Positions 15,675 to 25,357 of a stretch of DNA of 32,000 bases are shown piece after piece. The position numbers and the translations under genes were made by a program. This DNA comes from Candidatus Midichloria mitochondrii IricVA. Its GTDB lineage: Bacteria; Pseudomonadota; Alphaproteobacteria; Rickettsiales; Midichloriaceae. The stretch is taken from NCBI RefSeq assembly GCF_000219355.1, contig NC_015722.1, positions 660,001 to 692,000 on the forward strand, read 5' to 3'. Positions within the stretch are counted from its first letter, which is position 1, and every line of letters begins with the position of its first letter. The notes below the pieces were generated by a model. That model did no database searches. It had not been told where the DNA came from and saw only the letters and a list, made by a program, of their open reading frames with translations.

Positions 15675-17756
15675 CTATAAGCATAGAAAAAGCAGTGCGT
15701 TACCGCAGATATTTAAAAGGCCTATAAAAGTTATAACTTTTATAGAAGAAGGTTGCTTAACCTGCGTCAAGTAACCCATTGGTATAAGAGGAACTTGCTC
15801 GATATGAGTATTGTTGTTTTGTGCGTCAAGATTTCCTTGTAGATAAGTGATTAACGTATTTACAATTAACCCTGTGTTAGCTTCTTCATTTGATACAACT
15901 GAAGCATCTGTGTTATTATCGGTAATTATAAGTGAACTATCTGAATATTCACTATTTCCATCGCCTTTTTCGTAAGCAGAAGAACCTTAACCAGTGCTGC
16001 TTCTGCCGCCTGGGCCGCCATCAGGATTATTATTAGAACCAAGTATCTGCGCTTGGTATTTTACCAGAGCCTAAAGGCATACTAATATCTAGAGGTGATT
16101 TTGATAACATGGTGCTTATGATAAGTGTTCTTCCACTCTCTACAAACTGAGTTATCTTGTTTATGATTGAATATCCAAAGCTATCTTCATTTGGCTGAAT
16201 CTGAGAGCTTGTCATATAAGCTACTGTATAGCTTGCAAGAAGCTACCTGTAGAATTTGTTACAAGAGAAGTAAGGAAACTAGCTGCTATTGTCCTTCATC
16301 GGTGACAGTGCGATCGCTATCTGCACTCTGCAGCTCATCTATTACTAAAGACTCTAAGCTAGCAGGAGGGGGGCAAGCAGAATAAGCTGAAGCATCTGCA
16401 AGAACTCTTTTTGAGCAGCTGCTTCCATTGCTAGCTGATCTTCTATTGTCTCAAGAGATATTGTGCCACCTTGAGCTTTCAGAGCTCGATCAAATTCTGT
16501 TTCTATAAAGTGTATGCCTGCGGGGGGTATTGAATGTTCAAATGGAGAAGCAAGATAACGAATAAGATCGAAATCAGCAACTGCAATACCGAGTTTTTGG
16601 AGTTCGACCTTTAAGGCTTCTAATTTTGCTGTTAGCTCTTTATAATCTTTTATCGTTTTGAGTTTTCACTTCTTCCTTAGTGCTAGCTTCTTTTGTTTGG
16701 GCTATATTGCCTATCTTTTTCTGCTAAAGCATGAATAGAAGATTTGAAATCTATATTGTATTTATGTCTTAAATGATTTACAGATTGTGACGATTTTAGA
16801 GCTGCGATTAGTATCTTAATTAAAGAATTTACACCATCTAGATTTCCTTCAATGCCTATATATAGTCGTAAGATTTCTTTAAGTACTTCCCTAAATACGG
16901 CCCGCAGTTGGGAATGAACGAGTTATTGCTTCTAGGTCCTCTGCTGTAAAGATTAGCTTGTCTATTACTAATGGCATAACTCACACTTTCAAGGCATTCG
17001 ATTGCTATATCATATGATAAGTTTTCTCTTGCATACGTAGTATCACTTTGATCTAAGTCAATAAAAAGCTTATTAGGCTATCTGGATAAAGAATATCATT
17101 GATAGTGACTCCGCACTTTTATTAGCAATTTCTTGGTCTTATTCTTGCGATTTTAGCCAAAATGGCTTTACTAAGATCACTATGAGCACTACTAGATTTT
17201 TCAGCTTTCAATATTACAAGTTTTGTTTTTTTTTATCTCAAGGTTTAATTTGTTAAGTTGATTGCTGAGTTTATCAGTTACAGCTTCTGTGCTTGCTGCT
17301 CCAGCTTCTTTCAAATTTAGTTTTACATCTTCTAATTCGGAATATTTTTATAAAAGCCGCAATTGTTCTTTAGCTATATAGGTTTCCCGCATTATTGCTA
17401 AATTAGCTGTTGTTAATTCTAGATTTGTTGGATTAATACAATTTCTGCAATTCCTTTGATTTCTCACCAATTTCCTGCAGTTTTTGTTCTAAGCTTATGA
17501 TTTTAAAAGCCTAAGATTTTTTTGTTGAAATCAGTAATAATTCTGGTTGGTTCAGTATTGTCTCCATTAGCAGATATGCTACCTGTACCTAAATTAGCAA
17601 TTGCATTGTTTGTATATTCACAACCACTTGATTTTTAATATCATCAGAAGCTGCTTGGATACACTGAACTGCTCCGTTCCAAGTAGGCAAAAAGGACAAA
17701 ATAAAAAAGCAAGACAAGTAGAATGAGCAAGAAGGTAATGCAATGAGCAACAACAT
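15675..17756 (-). pseudogene. Heavily decayed gene for a secreted coiled-coil protein with a C-terminal hydrophobic anchor
   Basis: The N-terminus MLLLIALPSCSFYLSCFFILSFLP is signal-like, with its ATG at 17756. Long minus-strand fragments sit in shifting frames, for example DYKELTAKLEALKVELQKLGIAVADFDLIRYLASPFEHSIPPAGIHFIETEFDRALKAQGGTISLETIEDQLAMEAAAQKE. The C-terminal piece ends ..SSIKVITFIGLLNICGNALLFLCL*. There are many stops and frameshifts. Confidence 0.6.
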
Positions 17757-17763
17757 AGGCTTA

Positions 17764-19413
17764 TTAAATCTTCCTAACCTTGCTTTCACCCATGCTCTCA
17801 CTTCGCTCTATCAAAGCTCCAACAAAAGATAAAAACAAAGGATGAGGGCTGAATGGCCGGGACTTATATTCTGGATGAAACTGTACTCCTATAAACCAAG
17901 GATGCCCTTCCAGTTCTAGAGCTTCAACCAAATTCCCATCAGCCGAGGTTCCGCCTACTCTCATACCTGCCTGCTCAAAATCATTTTTGTAGTTTATATT
18001 AAATTCAAATCGATGTCTATGACGTTCCAAAACTCTCTCAAGCTTATAGATCCCCTGGATTTTACTCCCGCTAGTCAAAGAACTTTCATAATTGCCAAGG
18101 CGCATGGTGCCACCTAAATTTGACACTCGAGTACGAGTTTCTTTTTCTTCGCCCTTATACCAATTAACCATCAAATCAATCACATTAGAGCAATCACTCG
18201 TAAATTCTGTAGAATTTGCATCTCTTATTCCTAGAGCATTACGCGCAAATTCTATAGCAATTAACTGCATACCAAGGCATATGCCAAATAAAGGAATTTT
18301 ATTTTTTCTGGAATATTCAATAGCATTCATCTTCCCCTCTATACCTCGCGTCCCAAAACCACCTGGGATCATGATCCCGTCAACGTTATCTAACTGCCTA
18401 TAGATTTGAGAATCAAGTTCATCCGCATCAATCCGTACTAAATTAACTTTACATTTATAGTGGATACCTGCATGCAAAAAGGCTTCCAAAAGAGACTTAT
18501 AAGCATCCTGTAATTGATTATATTTACCAACAATTGCTATATTCACGCTCCTTTCATGCGTAGTAATTCCGCTTTCAATTAAGTGCCATTTCTCCAAGTT
18601 GATTTTATCATTATGCTCTAAGCCAAAATATTCTATAATCTGTTTATCAACATTTTGCTTATAATAAGAAAGGGGAACATGATATATGGTTTTTTGATCG
18701 ATGCCTGCAATTACCCTATTTTCTGGCACGCTACAAGAAACTGCTATCTTATGCAATAAAGTTTCTGGAATTTCTCTATCAGCTCTACATATTATCAAAT
18801 CTGGTTGAATTCCTATAGATCTTAATTCCCTAACAGAATGTTGGGTAGGTTTAGTTTTAAGCTCGCCAGCAGTTGCAATATAGGGCAGCAAAGTTAAATG
18901 TACACACATAATATTAGCACTACCGCGCTCATATCTAATTTGTCTTACCGCTTCAAGATAAGGCAGAGCCTCTATATCCCCTACTGTACCTCCTATCTCG
19001 CATATCATGAAGTCCACCTCAGATTCACCAAATCTAATAAAATCTTTTATCAATTTTGTTAAATGAGGTATGACCTGCACCGTCCCCCCGAGGTATTCTC
19101 CCCTTCTCTCTTTACCTATAAGTTTTTCATAAATCTTGCCACTGGTTATAGTATCATTTCTAGAAGCAGAAATATCCGTAAACCTTTCATAGTACCCAAG
19201 ATCTAAATCCGTCTCTGCACCATCAGCAGTAACAAAAACTTCCCCATGCTGATATGGGCTCATAGTCCCAGGATCCACGTTTAAATATGGATCAAGTTTT
19301 TTTAATCTAATGCGGCGGCCGCGAGCCTGCAATAGTGCCGCTATACTCGCTGCACATACTCCTTTCCCTAGCGAAGAAACGACTCCGCCTGTAATAAAGA
19401 TATATCGACACAT
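17764..19413 (-). CDS. pyrG: CTP synthase
   Basis: The protein is 549 aa. It begins MCRYIFITGGVVSSLGKG, and the glutamine amidotransferase domain carries LFGICLGMQL and FIGVQFHPE. Confidence 0.96.
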   Translation of the reverse strand: MCRYIFITGGVVSSLGKGVCAASIAALLQARGRRIRLKKLDPYLNVDPGTMSPYQHGEVFVTADGAETDLDLGYYERFTDISASRNDTITSGKIYEKLIGKERRGEYLGGTVQVIPHLTKLIKDFIRFGESEVDFMICEIGGTVGDIEALPYLEAVRQIRYERGSANIMCVHLTLLPYIATAGELKTKPTQHSVRELRSIGIQPDLIICRADREIPETLLHKIAVSCSVPENRVIAGIDQKTIYHVPLSYYKQNVDKQIIEYFGLEHNDKINLEKWHLIESGITTHERSVNIAIVGKYNQLQDAYKSLLEAFLHAGIHYKCKVNLVRIDADELDSQIYRQLDNVDGIMIPGGFGTRGIEGKMNAIEYSRKNKIPLFGICLGMQLIAIEFARNALGIRDANSTEFTSDCSNVIDLMVNWYKGEEKETRTRVSNLGGTMRLGNYESSLTSGSKIQGIYKLERVLERHRHRFEFNINYKNDFEQAGMRVGGTSADGNLVEALELEGHPWFIGVQFHPEYKSRPFSPHPLFLSFVGALIERSESMGESKVRKI

Positions 19414-19418
19414 AATTT

Positions 19419-19721
19419 TTATTGTGAAATGGGCACTACAGGATCTTGATTCACTGCTTCTTTAATCGACTCTATGATTTTGCCAGATTTTTGTAAATCC
19501 ATTATAGTCAACTTAGCCAAACAGAGGCTATTTATCATAAACACAAAAGCTAGTATAAAAGTAGTTTTAGTAATAAAGTTTGCAGATGCTTTGCTAGAAA
19601 CAATGCCATGCCCACCTCCAGCAAGTCCAGAAACACCATCAGAGCTGCTTTGTTGTAACGATACAGCTAGAATTAAAGAAACAACAACGACGAATTGCAA
19701 AACTAACAACAAGGTTAACAT
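19419..19721 (-). CDS. secG: Preprotein translocase subunit SecG
   Basis: The protein is 100 aa with two TM helices flanking the Gly-rich loop SSSDGVSGLAGGGHG. It sits in the conserved secG-pyrG arrangement, 5 nt upstream of pyrG. Confidence 0.8.
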   Translation of the reverse strand: MLTLLLVLQFVVVVSLILAVSLQQSSSDGVSGLAGGGHGIVSSKASANFITKTTFILAFVFMINSLCLAKLTIMDLQKSGKIIESIKEAVNQDPVVPISQ

Positions 19722-19833
19722 AAAACTTTTTTATTATATACTATGAGGCAAAATCACTGTGAGTAATATCAACGAGATAGTATTACTAATCATCAATAAT
19801 TGCAATGTTTTTTTCACTAAATAAAAGAAACTT

Positions 19834-20130
19834 ATGAAAAGTGTTACAATAAAATCTACGGTAAATTTTTGTTTATTCTTGTTACTGGTTTACTTCATTT
19901 ATCATACAATAATTGGTAGTAGAGGTCTAATTGCGTATTTAAACTTGAAAAAATCTCTAGCGCAATCACACGATCAGCTTAATGAACTGATTATTACTAG
20001 AGAAAAAATCGAAAAAAAGGTGCAACTATTAAACCCTAAAAAGACGGATATGGATTTTTTGGACGAGCTAGCGCGTAAAGAATTAGGGTTAATCCACAAA
20101 AACGAAAGGTGTTTTATTCTTAAATATTAA
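19834..20130 (+). CDS. ftsB: Septum formation initiator (FtsB/DivIC family)
   Basis: The protein is 98 aa. It has a single N-terminal TM helix, then a coiled coil (GLIAYLNLKKSLAQSHDQLNELIITREKIEKKV). The family-typical end is DFLDELARKELGLIHKNE. Confidence 0.75.
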   Translation: MKSVTIKSTVNFCLFLLLVYFIYHTIIGSRGLIAYLNLKKSLAQSHDQLNELIITREKIEKKVQLLNPKKTDMDFLDELARKELGLIHKNERCFILKY

Positions 20131-20175
20131 AAATCCCCTATGTTTAAAAGCAATAAAAATCAGTGACTTAAACAA

Positions 20176-20198
20176 AGAATTGAAATATTTTCAATTCT
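20176..20198. repeat. Perfect 10-bp inverted repeat with a 3-nt spacer (AGAATTGAAA-TAT-TTTCAATTCT) between ftsB and the virB2-like gene
   Basis: The sequence was read directly and the two arms are exact reverse complements. Its function is unknown: it could be a weak terminator hairpin for ftsB or an operator. Confidence 0.5.
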
Positions 20199-20306
20199 AG
20201 GTATTGGTATACAACTTTAAGTATGCTAGTCTGCTCATAATTAGTTGAATCAACTTACAAAAAGTTGAGACAAAAATTTTGAATACAAATCATATTATGA
20301 GGATAC

Positions 20307-20642
20307 ATGAATATATTAGGCATAAGAAGTTGTGACATATCAGTTAAGTTGATGCTCTGGCTTAGCATTGCAGTTTTGATTATAGCTGCAAAAAATGCTT
20401 GGGCCGCAGATAATGACATGACTATGGTTACAAATGTCATGTGTGCTGCAATCAACCAATTGACTGGACCAATCGGAAGGGCTATTACGATAATTATAGT
20501 AATTTCTCTTGGTATAATGTTACTCCTTGGCAAGGTGACCTGGGGTGTTGCAATAGCTCTTGCGGTTGGAATGGGAGTTATCTTTGGAGCAAGGGATGTA
20601 GTTAATATCTTATCTGGTGGAACTGGCGCTATATGCTCTTAA
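20307..20642 (+). CDS. virB2: VirB2/TrbC-like T4SS pilin subunit
   Basis: The protein is 111 aa. It has a long leader ending ..AAKNAWA|ADND. Two hydrophobic helices follow (GPIGRAITIIIVISLGIMLLLG and VTWGVAIALAVGMGVIFGA), separated by a short turn. This is the typical TrbC/VirB2 architecture and size. A GAGGA SD lies 4 nt before the ATG. Confidence 0.7.
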   Translation: MNILGIRSCDISVKLMLWLSIAVLIIAAKNAWAADNDMTMVTNVMCAAINQLTGPIGRAITIIIVISLGIMLLLGKVTWGVAIALAVGMGVIFGARDVVNILSGGTGAICS

Positions 20643-20855
20643 AGTTAAGCTAGTTAAAAAACTTCTTTCTACGGTATTTTTTATTTGCCATAAAAGTCAT
20701 CAATAAATATGCTATAGCAGTCTTAACAGTATTAGGTGATTTTTAGGATGAATAATACCACTCTCCAGACGTACAAGAAGCGAGGAGCAAAGTGTATAGA
20801 CAATACCCAAGCGACGAGCGATAGAGTTTCAGATGGGAATTGGTGTAATTTGGCA

Positions 20856-21824
20856 ATGGTAAGCAGCAAACTTAAATCAGAAATACTGAAAATCGACCAG
20901 ATTATAACTGATGCCGCGGAAGGTGCTGATGAAATGTTAGTAAATGAAGTAATCAAGCATATAGCCAAAGCAGGTGGTAAGAGATTAAGGCCTTTATTTA
21001 CGTTAATATCTGCAAAAATTTTTTCAGATTCTAATGAAAATGCAGTATCACTCGCAGCAGCTGTAGAATTCGTACACACTGCAACTCTACTTCATGACGA
21101 TGTTGTAGACGAGAGTAGTGTCAGAAGAGGCTTACAAACTGCTAATGACCTTTGGGGAAATAAAACCAGTATATTGGTCGGTGATTATTTATTCAGCCAA
21201 GCATTCAAGCTAATGATAAAAACCGAATCATTACAAGCTCTTAATTGTTTGGCCGCCGCTTCTTCCTTGATTTCAAAAGCTGAAGTTAGCCAATTGAGGC
21301 TTATCGGAATGGTTGAAATGCAAATAGATGATTATGTAAAGCTGGTTACTGAAAAAACTGCTATACTGTTTGCAGCTGCCTGTCAAGTTGGTGCTATTGT
21401 TTCAGGCGCTAAGGACCATGAGGTAGATCATCTTTATGCCTACGGACTAAATTTTGGTATCATCTTTCAGATAATTGACGATTATCTTGACTATTTCGGC
21501 CAAGAAGAATCACTAGGCAAACAAATAGGAGGAGATTTTTTAGAGAATAAAGTAACTCTACCCATTATTTTGCTTAAAAACCATTGTAGTGAAGCAGAAA
21601 AAGATTTTTTAAGTCAGGTCTTTGCGCGTAGTGATATTAAAAGCGCTGATGAGTTATCAAAAATAATAAATCTCTTAAATAAATACGATATAACCACTGC
21701 AATAAAATCAATTGCTAACAAGTATCTAGAAAAATGCTTAAGCGCTCTAGAGCTACTGCCGCAAAACGAATTCGTTCACCATATGGATATGCTAGCCCAA
21801 GATTCTTTGCAAAGAATGAGGTAA
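20856..21824 (+). CDS. ispB: Long-chain (octaprenyl-type) polyprenyl diphosphate synthase
   Basis: The first Asp-rich motif is LLHDDVVDESSVRRG and the second is FQIIDDYLDY. The GKRLRP motif is present. I chose the ATG at 20856 (322 aa) because the upstream 40 codons of the tracked ORF (start 20736) do not resemble the family N-terminus. Confidence 0.85.
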   Translation: MVSSKLKSEILKIDQIITDAAEGADEMLVNEVIKHIAKAGGKRLRPLFTLISAKIFSDSNENAVSLAAAVEFVHTATLLHDDVVDESSVRRGLQTANDLWGNKTSILVGDYLFSQAFKLMIKTESLQALNCLAAASSLISKAEVSQLRLIGMVEMQIDDYVKLVTEKTAILFAAACQVGAIVSGAKDHEVDHLYAYGLNFGIIFQIIDDYLDYFGQEESLGKQIGGDFLENKVTLPIILLKNHCSEAEKDFLSQVFARSDIKSADELSKIINLLNKYDITTAIKSIANKYLEKCLSALELLPQNEFVHHMDMLAQDSLQRMR

Positions 21825-21912
21825 GAAATTTACTTTGAAGAAAGCGCGGCTTTTAAAAATAATTATTTAGATAATCTCTCTTAGGGTCAACTTCTTTAGG
21901 GCTTGTAAATTA

Positions 21913-22230
21913 ATGGGATTACGTCTATCTAATGATTGGACAGGGTCTTCTATATCATCAGCAGGGGACATCAATGGAGATGGGCAGAGAGGACTTGAAA
22001 TTATTGGAGCTCATTGGGCTAATCCAAGTGGTAGAAGCAACACAGGGCAAGGGGGCGTATGTAATTTTTGATTACTCAAGCTCTCTTCTACAAGCCCATC
22101 GGCAATAGGCAGCGTGGTTGTCAGAATTATAGGATTAGGGTTAGTAGTTGGCAGCTATATTTTATATAAAAGGAAACAAAATACTCCAGATTTTACGGAT
22201 GATGATAATTACCTACTGCAATTCAAGTGA
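21913..22230 (+). pseudogene. Remnant of an FG-GAP-repeat surface protein: one repeat plus the C-terminal TM anchor, frameshifted
   Basis: The fragment reads GDINGDGQRGLEIIGAHWANPSGRSNTGQG, then after a frameshift in a G run GAYVIFDYSS. A third frame gives IGSVVVRIIGLGLVVGSYILYKRKQ..*. Confidence 0.45.
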
Positions 22231-22619
22231 GACCAGCTTGGATGTGCAGCGAGCTTAGCGATAAGGCTCTAAATGATATGTATCTAGGGGAAATCTTTCC
22301 AGCTGCAGAACCTTTATTCATCAAACTACCGCTTCTGCAAGCGATTATTTTGGTGGCAGTTGCCGTAAGGTCGTTGCATTTTATAACAATTATTTCGGCA
22401 CTTTGAAAGTGAAATACACGAGCTAAGCAAAATATTAGTCGGTAAAGAAAACATGCGAGTAGAAACTATTGCTAAGATAGGAAATATCTTTAATATAGCT
22501 GGCAGTATGGTTCCAGATACCGTATTAGTATTGCTACCAAATTTATTGCAAGCGTATTTAAGCACGTTGACAACCGGCAACAACAACCAAGGATTAATCA
22601 ATTAGCTAAAATAGTTTCT

Positions 22620-22931
22620 TTGCCACTGGAGGAGATTACTGGACTAGCTCGTTTTGCTGCCAAAACTCCAGCGAAAAGTTATGCAACCCAAATTGCTCGC
22701 CTTGATAATGAATCAATCGTGAAACTTTCCTATGTAGCAGTGTCACGAGCTTTTGAGTATCTTGGAAGCTTAAAGAAAACTTGGATAAAGCTTGAACCTA
22801 AATATTTGGTAGAAGGTGCAAGACATGGAAAATCCAGTGACTGGACTAATACTAAATTATCCGGAGAAAGTATTAATTTGGAGCCGAAGGATTACTCAGC
22901 AGGTTTGGTATTTATTCCAACCCCAGTTTGA
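22620..22931 (+). pseudogene. Fragment of an unknown gene truncated by IS982 copy C
   Basis: The 103-aa ORF has its last codons (..PTPV*) encoded by the IS terminal repeat. Upstream sequence (about 22430-22620) continues as coding-like fragments in other frames. No family was recognised. Confidence 0.3.
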
Positions 22932-23865
22932 GGTAAGTTTTAAAGAAATTATCTGATATGGTTTTAAAGAAGCTGTGTAACCGTTAGGTTCTTCTCAATT
23001 TCACGATAAATAAGGAAAGTGGTTTCCCTAGTAGAAATATTTTGTTTGATTGATGATTTTTGCAAGCGACAACTCACGTACCAAAGATCCTTAAGAAACT
23101 CGCAGAGACAAAGGGAACGAGAGTCTGGGATGATGCTTTCCGAAGTTATAACGATCCTCGTTTTGTTTCATTTGAGGGCATTACCGGATTCAAAGATTTT
23201 TACCTAAACTGTTTTCAAATCTCTCCCAGAGAGGAATTGCCGAAGCTTATCAGCTACAATCGCTTTGTTGAGCTGATGCGAGACGCGGTCATTCCGTTGG
23301 TCATTCTGCTGAATTGCTGTAAAGGGAAACAAACAGGTACGTTGACTCAACAAAAAGCTGGAAGGTTTTGTCATAACTTACGTATTAGCCGTAATAAGGT
23401 CCTTAAAGGCGTCGCTCAGCGTGGGAAAACGTCGACCCGGATGGTTCTTTGGCCTCAATGATCAAGGAGAGATTATGTCATTCACACTGACTTCGGGTAA
23501 TACAGATGATCGAGCCGTTGTCGAGAAACTGACTCAATATTTGACAGGCCTTCTATTCGGAGATCGGTGGTATATAAGCAAAAACACTGAGCAATCAAGG
23601 TATTGAGCTCATCACACGGCTTAAATGAAAAACAAAACCCGGCTTGCGGCTTTTAAACAACTGCTTCTTGCAGGGCGTGGATTGATTGAAACAGCCATCG
23701 GACAATTGAAAGAGATTTGCCAAATCCAGCGCCACGGCATCGCTCGCCAAACAATTTCTTGGCAGACCTCTTTCTCAGGGCTCTTGGCTTATGTCTTCAA
23801 ACCCAATATATCTCATGGAAAAATAGGCTCACGGGCATACTCCTTACGTCAAACTTGAGAGGTTA
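22919..23865 (+). mobile_element. IS982-family element, copy C: near full length (about 947 bp), with the transposase broken into at least 4 frames
   Basis: The left inverted repeat is AACCCCAGTTTGAGGTAAG and the right is CTTACGTCAAACTTGAGAGGTTA. The encoded pieces are MVSLVEIFCLIDDFCK.., ..LISYNRFVELMRDAV.., ..CHNLRISRNKVLKGVAQRGKTS.., ..NDQGEIMSFTLTSGNTDDRAVVEKLTQ.LTGLLFGDR.YISK.. and ..LIETAIGQLKEICQI..GLLAYVFKP. All are typical of IS982 transposases. Confidence 0.85.
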
Positions 23866-23982
23866 TTTTAATATATCCTTTAGATTTCAATAGGATAGGC
23901 AAGGCTTTAAGAAAAGAGGCTATAAGACGATTTTAAAATTTAGTTTAGGAGATATAGCATTGTCTGCTCGTAATAGTTTGAC

Positions 23983-25338
23983 TTAAATTATTAAATTGTG
24001 AATTCTATTTATCACCTCCTCTTTACCTAAAATTGCCATAGTTTCGTATATAGCAGGCCCCTTGAAACTGCCCATGACCGAAGCTCTCATGATTTGCATC
24101 ATCTTACTCCCACTTAAACCACTTTTTGTGGCAACTCCGTCTAATACTCCTTTTATTTCGATAGCTTCCCAGTTGCTTAATGCTTCTAATGCCCCTTTAA
24201 TCTCTACTAGATGTGCCCTGTTCAAGCCATTTATTATTTCTTGGGATTTATTATCTATAGGTTTTTGCTTTTTAGAATAAAGATCAGCTAACTCTTGAAG
24301 TTCAATTAAAGTGCTAGCTCTAATTTTTAAATCGCCTATAGCTTTTTCAACTCTTTTTTGCACAACTTTACCGTCAAATTTTAATAACTTTAGCAAATCT
24401 GCATCGCTCTTTTTGCTGATATAATAGGCATTTAAAAAGTTTAGTTTCTCATAATCAAACCGTGCCGGAGCTCTATTTAATCCTTCTAACGTAAATAACT
24501 TAGCGGCTTCTTCTTTAGTTATAATTTCTAAATCACCGCTGCTCCAACCAAGACGTAAAAGGTAGTTACAAATTGCTTCGGGCAGATATCCTGCTTGCTT
24601 ATAAGCATCGATTCCTAAGGCGCCATGTCGTTTAGAAAGCTTAGCTCCGTCTGATCCATGAACTAAAGGGACATGAGCATATATCGGCACAGGCCATGAA
24701 AGCGCCTTAATGATTTGTTGTTGTCTAAATGTGTTGGTAAAATGGTCGTCACCTCTGATAACATGCGTAATGTTCATATCATAATCGTCCACTACAACTG
24801 CCAACATGTAAGTTGGAGTCCCGTCAGATCTTAGTAGTATCATATCATCTAGCTCGTTGTTAGAGATAGTAACAGAGCCTCTAATTTGATCTTCAACGGT
24901 TGTTTGAGAATGTTTATCTACTTTTAATCTAATAGTCGGTTTAACTCCTAAAGATGCTGACCTTTCGCCATCTCGCCAAGGACTTTCTATTTTAATATAA
25001 GGATCTTTTTCTCTTATCTTTTGAATTTCTTCAGTTGATAAATAACACCTATATGCAAAACCGGTGTCTAAAAGTTGTTCAGCAACTTCAGTATGGCGCT
25101 TACTTCTCGAAAATTGCATTACAACTCCGCCATCCCACTCTATTCCAAGCCATCTGAGACCTTCGATAATTGCATCAACTGCTTCTTGGGTTGATCTTTC
25201 TCTGTCGGTATCTTCTATTCTAAGCAAAAATTTACCATTGGTTGTCTTACTAAAAAGCCAATTAAATAAAGCGGTTCTTGCTCCGCCTATATGCAAGAAG
25301 CCCGTTGGACTTGGGGCAAACCTTGTTATTACTGACAT
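23983..25338 (-). CDS. gltX: Glutamate--tRNA ligase
   Basis: The protein is 451 aa. The HIGH motif is RFAPSPTGFLHIGGARTALFNW and the KMSKS motif is KLSKRHG. Confidence 0.93.
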   Translation of the reverse strand: MSVITRFAPSPTGFLHIGGARTALFNWLFSKTTNGKFLLRIEDTDRERSTQEAVDAIIEGLRWLGIEWDGGVVMQFSRSKRHTEVAEQLLDTGFAYRCYLSTEEIQKIREKDPYIKIESPWRDGERSASLGVKPTIRLKVDKHSQTTVEDQIRGSVTISNNELDDMILLRSDGTPTYMLAVVVDDYDMNITHVIRGDDHFTNTFRQQQIIKALSWPVPIYAHVPLVHGSDGAKLSKRHGALGIDAYKQAGYLPEAICNYLLRLGWSSGDLEIITKEEAAKLFTLEGLNRAPARFDYEKLNFLNAYYISKKSDADLLKLLKFDGKVVQKRVEKAIGDLKIRASTLIELQELADLYSKKQKPIDNKSQEIINGLNRAHLVEIKGALEALSNWEAIEIKGVLDGVATKSGLSGSKMMQIMRASVMGSFKGPAIYETMAILGKEEVINRIHNLII

Positions 25339-25357
25339 TTTTTATTCTTTAAATTAT

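Noticed and set aside
17757-17801. The upstream extension of ORF 17589-17801, which overlaps the pyrG 3' end.
   Set aside because: The signal-peptide-like sequence starts at the internal Met at 17756. The extension merely reads through the pyrG stop region.
20736-20855. An earlier start for ispB, as in the tracked ORF.
   Set aside because: The 40 extra residues (MIFRMNNTTLQTYKKRGAKC...) do not resemble polyprenyl synthase N-termini. A start at 20856 gives the usual length of about 320 aa. The choice remains uncertain.
20255-21079. Minus-strand ORFs 20255-20533 and 20732-21079.
   Set aside because: They are antisense to the virB2-like gene and to ispB respectively. They have hydrophobic or low-complexity mirror composition and no motifs.
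2616-23865. Whether the three repeated segments of about 0.5-0.95 kb are a CRISPR-like or other structured repeat array, or an active composite transposon.
   Set aside because: They are dispersed copies of one IS982-family element, with terminal inverted repeats and transposase remnants. All transposase frames are broken and I found no matching target-site duplications. No short regularly spaced repeats exist anywhere in the window.
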